This document shows, one piece after another, positions 60,151 to 64,000 of a DNA stretch of 64,000 bases. The first letter of the stretch is position 1. Each line of letters opens with the position of its first letter. Source of the DNA: Patescibacteria group bacterium (GTDB lineage: Bacteria; Patescibacteriota; Patescibacteriia; 2-12-FULL-57-11); assembly GCA_004297205.1 (NCBI GenBank), contig SCUL01000002.1:6429-70428 (forward strand), read 5' to 3'. A program made the translations under genes and the position numbers. The notes under the pieces are model-generated. The model did no database searches and had not been told where the DNA came from. It was given only the letters and a program-made list of their open reading frames with translations.

Positions 60151-60935
60151 TCGTTTTCTCCGCCATCGTCCCCCACTCGCCGCTGCTCCTCCCGGGCATC
60201 GGCAAAACCAACGCCAAGAAGCTCGCGCAGACGGTGGCCGGCGTGGCCGACATCGAACAACATTTGTACGTGACGCGTCCGGACACGCTGTGCATCATTT
60301 CGCCGCACGGCCAGGTGTTGGGCGACGCCTTCGGCATCAACCTGTCGGCGCAGTACGCCACGTCGTTCAAGGACTTCGGCGACTTCAAGACGTCCAAGAC
60401 GTTCCGCTCGGACTTCATGCTGATCGACCGCATCCAACGCGCCATCCGCAAGGACGTGCCGCTCGTCCTGCACAGCGACGAAACGCTCGACTACGGCTTT
60501 GGCGTCCCGCTCCACCTGCTGACGGAACACCTCCCGAACCCGACCGTCATCCCCATCACCACCTCCGGCCTGGACCTCAAGGCACATTTCGAATTCGGCA
60601 AGGCGATGCGCGACGAAATCCTGAACTCCAACAAACGCGTCGCCGTCATCGCTTCGGCCGATCTGTCGCACACGCTCACGAAAGACGCCCCCGGCGGGTT
60701 TTCAAAACGCGGCGCCGAGTTCGACGCCAAGGTGCAGGAGCTGCTTTCCCAACGCAACGTGCCCGGCCTGCTCCAGATGGATCCGAAGCTCTGCAGCGAA
60801 GCCAAAGAGTGCGGCCTGCGCGCCATGCTCGTCGCGCTCGGACTCATGGACGGCATCGACTACACGGCCCGCCTCGTCTCTTACGAAGGACCCCTCGGCA
60901 TCGGCTACCTCGTCAGCCACCTCCAATTTTCCTAA
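60147..60935 (+). CDS. Memo/LigB-like protein (AmmeMemoRadiSam protein B family)
   Basis: PHSPLL.P.IG, ISPH, LDYG..VPL, IASADLSH.L, ECG, YEGP.G.GY. Confidence 0.85.
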   Translation: MIVFSAIVPHSPLLLPGIGKTNAKKLAQTVAGVADIEQHLYVTRPDTLCIISPHGQVLGDAFGINLSAQYATSFKDFGDFKTSKTFRSDFMLIDRIQRAIRKDVPLVLHSDETLDYGFGVPLHLLTEHLPNPTVIPITTSGLDLKAHFEFGKAMRDEILNSNKRVAVIASADLSHTLTKDAPGGFSKRGAEFDAKVQELLSQRNVPGLLQMDPKLCSEAKECGLRAMLVALGLMDGIDYTARLVSYEGPLGIGYLVSHLQFS

Positions 60936-60936
60936 G

Positions 60937-62736
60937 ATGCGCATCCTCCGTCTCGCGCCCGCCCTGCGGCTGCCGCCGCGCTTCGGCTGGCTCGACTACG
61001 GCGCGCCGGAGGACGCGCCGCTCGGCCCCGGCGACATCGTCCGCGTCCCCTTCCGCGGGCGGCGCGTTGCGGCGCTCGTCCTTGAAGGGGCCGCAACGAG
61101 CAACGTGCCGCCGGCGCGCCTGACGACGCTCGCGGAAACGCCGGTCGTGGCGCGGCTCGACACCGTCACGCTCTCCTCCTTGCGTTACGCGGCGTCCCGC
61201 TTCCATGCGACCGTGCCGGCCCTGCTCACGGCGCTGCTGCCGGCCGTCCCGGCGCGTGCCACGCCCGCCGAAGTCCGTCCCGAGGCGCTGCGCAGCACGT
61301 TCTCGGGCGCGTTGTTGCGCCACCGCGGCGATGCCGTTGTGGCGTATGCCGCACGCATCCAGAAAACGTCCCGCGCCTTGCAGCAGACGATCCTCGCCGT
61401 CCCGGACATCCTGCGCGCCGAAGAGCTGGCCGAGGCGCTGCGCGCGCGCGACTTGTCCGTCTCCGTCTGCCACCACGACCTGGCCGCCGGCGCGCGCTGG
61501 AAGGCCTGGACGTCGCTGGCCGCCGGCACGGCAGACGTCCTGATCGCCACCAAGGCGGCCGTGTTGGCGCCCGCGCCGCGCTTGGGACTCGTCATCATCG
61601 ACGCGGAAGACGATCCGGACCACGTCCAGCGCGACGCCGCGCCGTACTACGACGCCCGGCTGGTCCTGGAACGCCGCGCCCGGGATGCCGGCGCGACGCT
61701 GCTGTTCGCCTCGGAGACGCCGCGCTTTGCCACGGCCTGGCGCGCCCGCGAGGAGGCCTGGACCGTGACCGCGCCCGTGGAAAAAGCGCCCCCGATGACG
61801 CTCGTCCCGATGCGCCAGGAATCGCGCGCCCTGGCGGCGCAGGCGCTATCCGGAACCTTTCTCGATGCGGCCCGGGGGGCTGTACAAGAAGGCAAAAACG
61901 TGATAGCTTTTCTCAACCGCGCGGCCGATGCCCGCATCCTCCGCTGTGAGGACTGCGGCGCACTCAGCCGCTGCGCAACCTGCGGTCTCGCACTCGCTCT
62001 CCACGATGGGACACTGCGCTGCGCGCGCTGCGGCACCACAGCGGACGTTCCGGCATCCTGCGCCTCGTGCGGCGGCATCCGCCTGAGCGGTCGCATCCCG
62101 GGCGTTGACGCCGTGGTCCGCGCGTTGCAGAAACAACTGCCCGGCACCCGCGTCGTCGGCCTGCAACGCGACCGCGGTCTTCCCGACGACTCCGTTCCGT
62201 CGATCTTCGTCGGCACGGAAACGCTCTTCAAAAATGCCCGGCCGCTGCTCGACCGTCCGCTCGGACTCGTCGCCGCCCTGGATGCCGACGGTCCGATGCG
62301 CCGCCCCGATTACCGGGCCGCGGAACACGCCTGGGCCGAACTGGAGCGGCTCGCCAATGCCGCCCGACGCCACGGCTGCCCGTTTCTGGTGCAGACCTGG
62401 GAAGCGCCGCACGCCGCGCTCCAAGCCGTGCAGCGCGGTTCACCCGCAACACTGGCAGCAACCGAGCTCGCCGACCGCAAACGGTTCGGGTATCCGCCGT
62501 TCCGCACCTCGTTCATCGCCCACCCGGGCGCCGCCGCGAATCCGGAACGGCTGTTGCGCACCGCTTTTCCGGATGCGGAACTCGCCCCGGTCGGTCGCGA
62601 CGACCGCCGGCGCGCCGTCAAAGGCCGCGCTGCGACCACGGTGCGCACCGCGCTTCCCGACGAGGCCGTTGCCGCCGCGCTCGACACCCTGCCCGCGGAC
62701 TGGATCATCGAACCTGAGCGTGAAAAGTATTTCTGA
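60937..62736 (+). CDS. priA: Primosomal protein N' (PriA), helicase motifs degenerate
   Basis: DY...G.IVRVPF.GR, PYYDAR, SETP, FLNR, four CxxC pairs, QT, R...GYPPF; located before def-fmt. Confidence 0.88.
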   Translation: MRILRLAPALRLPPRFGWLDYGAPEDAPLGPGDIVRVPFRGRRVAALVLEGAATSNVPPARLTTLAETPVVARLDTVTLSSLRYAASRFHATVPALLTALLPAVPARATPAEVRPEALRSTFSGALLRHRGDAVVAYAARIQKTSRALQQTILAVPDILRAEELAEALRARDLSVSVCHHDLAAGARWKAWTSLAAGTADVLIATKAAVLAPAPRLGLVIIDAEDDPDHVQRDAAPYYDARLVLERRARDAGATLLFASETPRFATAWRAREEAWTVTAPVEKAPPMTLVPMRQESRALAAQALSGTFLDAARGAVQEGKNVIAFLNRAADARILRCEDCGALSRCATCGLALALHDGTLRCARCGTTADVPASCASCGGIRLSGRIPGVDAVVRALQKQLPGTRVVGLQRDRGLPDDSVPSIFVGTETLFKNARPLLDRPLGLVAALDADGPMRRPDYRAAEHAWAELERLANAARRHGCPFLVQTWEAPHAALQAVQRGSPATLAATELADRKRFGYPPFRTSFIAHPGAAANPERLLRTAFPDAELAPVGRDDRRRAVKGRAATTVRTALPDEAVAAALDTLPADWIIEPEREKYF

Positions 62737-62737
62737 C

Positions 62738-63220
62738 ATGGCCAAGCGCCTGCCCGTCATTTCCCTGCCGAATCCCATCCTTCGCAAGAAGGCCGCTTCG
62801 GTGCGCCCCGAGGAAATCACGACGCCGGCCTTCCAGAAGTTCCTTGAGGACATGGTCAAAACGATGTTCGAGGCCGACGGCGTCGGCCTGGCCGCGGTCC
62901 AGGTTGCCGTGGCCAAACAAGTCACCGTCATTTCCACAAAGGATGGCCCGATCGCGCTGATCAACCCGGTCGTGACGCGGATGGTCAAAAAGACGGAACG
63001 CGGCGAGGAGGGCTGCTTGTCCGTCCCCGGCGTCTGGGGACTGGTGGACCGCTCCGTGGAAATTGACGTTGAGGCGCTGGACCGCGATGCCAAGCCGCTG
63101 AAGTTCACCGCCAAAGGTTTCTTCGCCCGCGTCATCCAACATGAGACGGACCACCTCAACGGCATTCTTTTCGTGGACCGCGCAGTCGAAGTGAAGGAAG
63201 CGGATAACGCCACCGACTGA
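62738..63220 (+). CDS. def: Peptide deformylase
   Basis: GVGLAAVQ, EGCLSVPG, QHETDHLNG. Confidence 0.97.
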   Translation: MAKRLPVISLPNPILRKKAASVRPEEITTPAFQKFLEDMVKTMFEADGVGLAAVQVAVAKQVTVISTKDGPIALINPVVTRMVKKTERGEEGCLSVPGVWGLVDRSVEIDVEALDRDAKPLKFTAKGFFARVIQHETDHLNGILFVDRAVEVKEADNATD

Positions 63221-63221
63221 C

Positions 63222-64000
63222 ATGGCCGCATTGCGCGTCGTCTTTTGGGGAACCTCGGCCTTCGCCGTGCCTGCGCTGCGCGCGCTGGCGGCCTTGCCTG
63301 ACGCCACGGTCGTCGCCGTCGTCGCCCAACCGGACAAGCCGCAAGGACGTCACGCCGAACCGGTCTCCTCGCCCGTCGCCGCAGCCGCGCGCGAACTCGG
63401 CCTGCCGCTGCTGCAACCCGAAAAAGTGAAGACGAAGGAATTTGAAAACACGCTGCGTGAACTTTCTCCGGACATGTCCGTCGTGACCGCCTACGGCCGC
63501 ATCATTCCGGAAGCCGTTCTGGCGATTCCGCGGTTGAGTACCCTGAACGTGCACCCGTCCTTGCTGCCGCGCTGGCGCGGTCCGTCCCCCATCCAATCGG
63601 CCATCGCCGCAGGCGATCCGGAGACCGGGGTGAGCATCATGCTGCTCGATGCCGAGATGGATCACGGTCCCTTGCTGGCACAGATGCGCGTGCCGTTGAG
63701 CGGCACCGAGCGTTATCCGGAACTCGAAACGCGGCTCGCCCATACCGGCGCCAAACTGCTTGCGGAAACGCTGCCGAGGTACGCGAACGGGCGCATGACG
63801 CCCAAGCCGCAGGACCACGAGAAGGCCACCTTCTGCACCCTCCTGACGCGTGACAGCGGACGGATCGATTGGAGCAAGAACGCCGCGGAAATTGAACGCT
63901 TGGAGCGTGCCTACGATCCTTGGCCCGGCGTTTGGACCGAGTGGACGGACGGCACGACGACGTTGCGCGCCAAGCTGTTCGATGCGCACGTCGAGAATTC
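63222..64000 (+). CDS. fmt: Methionyl-tRNA formyltransferase (runs off the right edge; absent from the ORF track)
   Basis: VFWGT..FA, QPDKPQGR, AYGRIIP, NVHPSLLPRWRGPSPIQ, MDHGP. Confidence 0.96.
   Translation, partial: MAALRVVFWGTSAFAVPALRALAALPDATVVAVVAQPDKPQGRHAEPVSSPVAAAARELGLPLLQPEKVKTKEFENTLRELSPDMSVVTAYGRIIPEAVLAIPRLSTLNVHPSLLPRWRGPSPIQSAIAAGDPETGVSIMLLDAEMDHGPLLAQMRVPLSGTERYPELETRLAHTGAKLLAETLPRYANGRMTPKPQDHEKATFCTLLTRDSGRIDWSKNAAEIERLERAYDPWPGVWTEWTDGTTTLRAKLFDAHVEN

Overview
GC-rich (estimated by eye) bacterial chromosome segment using the standard code 11 (TGA is a stop). Gene content and protein styles point to a Patescibacteria/CPR genome (inference). About 60 CDS, mostly housekeeping: complete F1Fo ATP synthase operon, mreBCD-mrdA, greA-lysS-serS-alr-ddl-ftsQ, metG, rsmI, tatD, pepA, clpB with a CIRCE operator, priA-def-fmt, a UvrD-nuclease fusion, a copper module (HMA-TauE-cupredoxin, CopA), cfa and redox genes (msrB, ahpC, sod, dsbA). 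No rRNA, tRNA, CRISPR array, transposase or integrase was seen. Most notable observations: (1) a recurring class of self-contained antisense single-gene units with strong Shine-Dalgarno (SD) motifs; two sit inside the ATP synthase operon, and three have a -35 box lying on the start codon of the neighbouring host gene; (2) an in-frame TagA/WecB glycosyltransferase-glutamyl-tRNA synthetase fusion; (3) a promoter- and terminator-bounded candidate sRNA convergent with an unannotated 54-aa membrane peptide; (4) two abutting perfect 16/17-bp inverted repeats after ftsQ; (5) a doubly deleted HAD pseudogene; (6) tandem PyrE-like paralogs, one catalytically degenerate; (7) widespread leaderless-type promoter geometry. 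All calls come from reading the sequence and translations by eye; no database searches were run.
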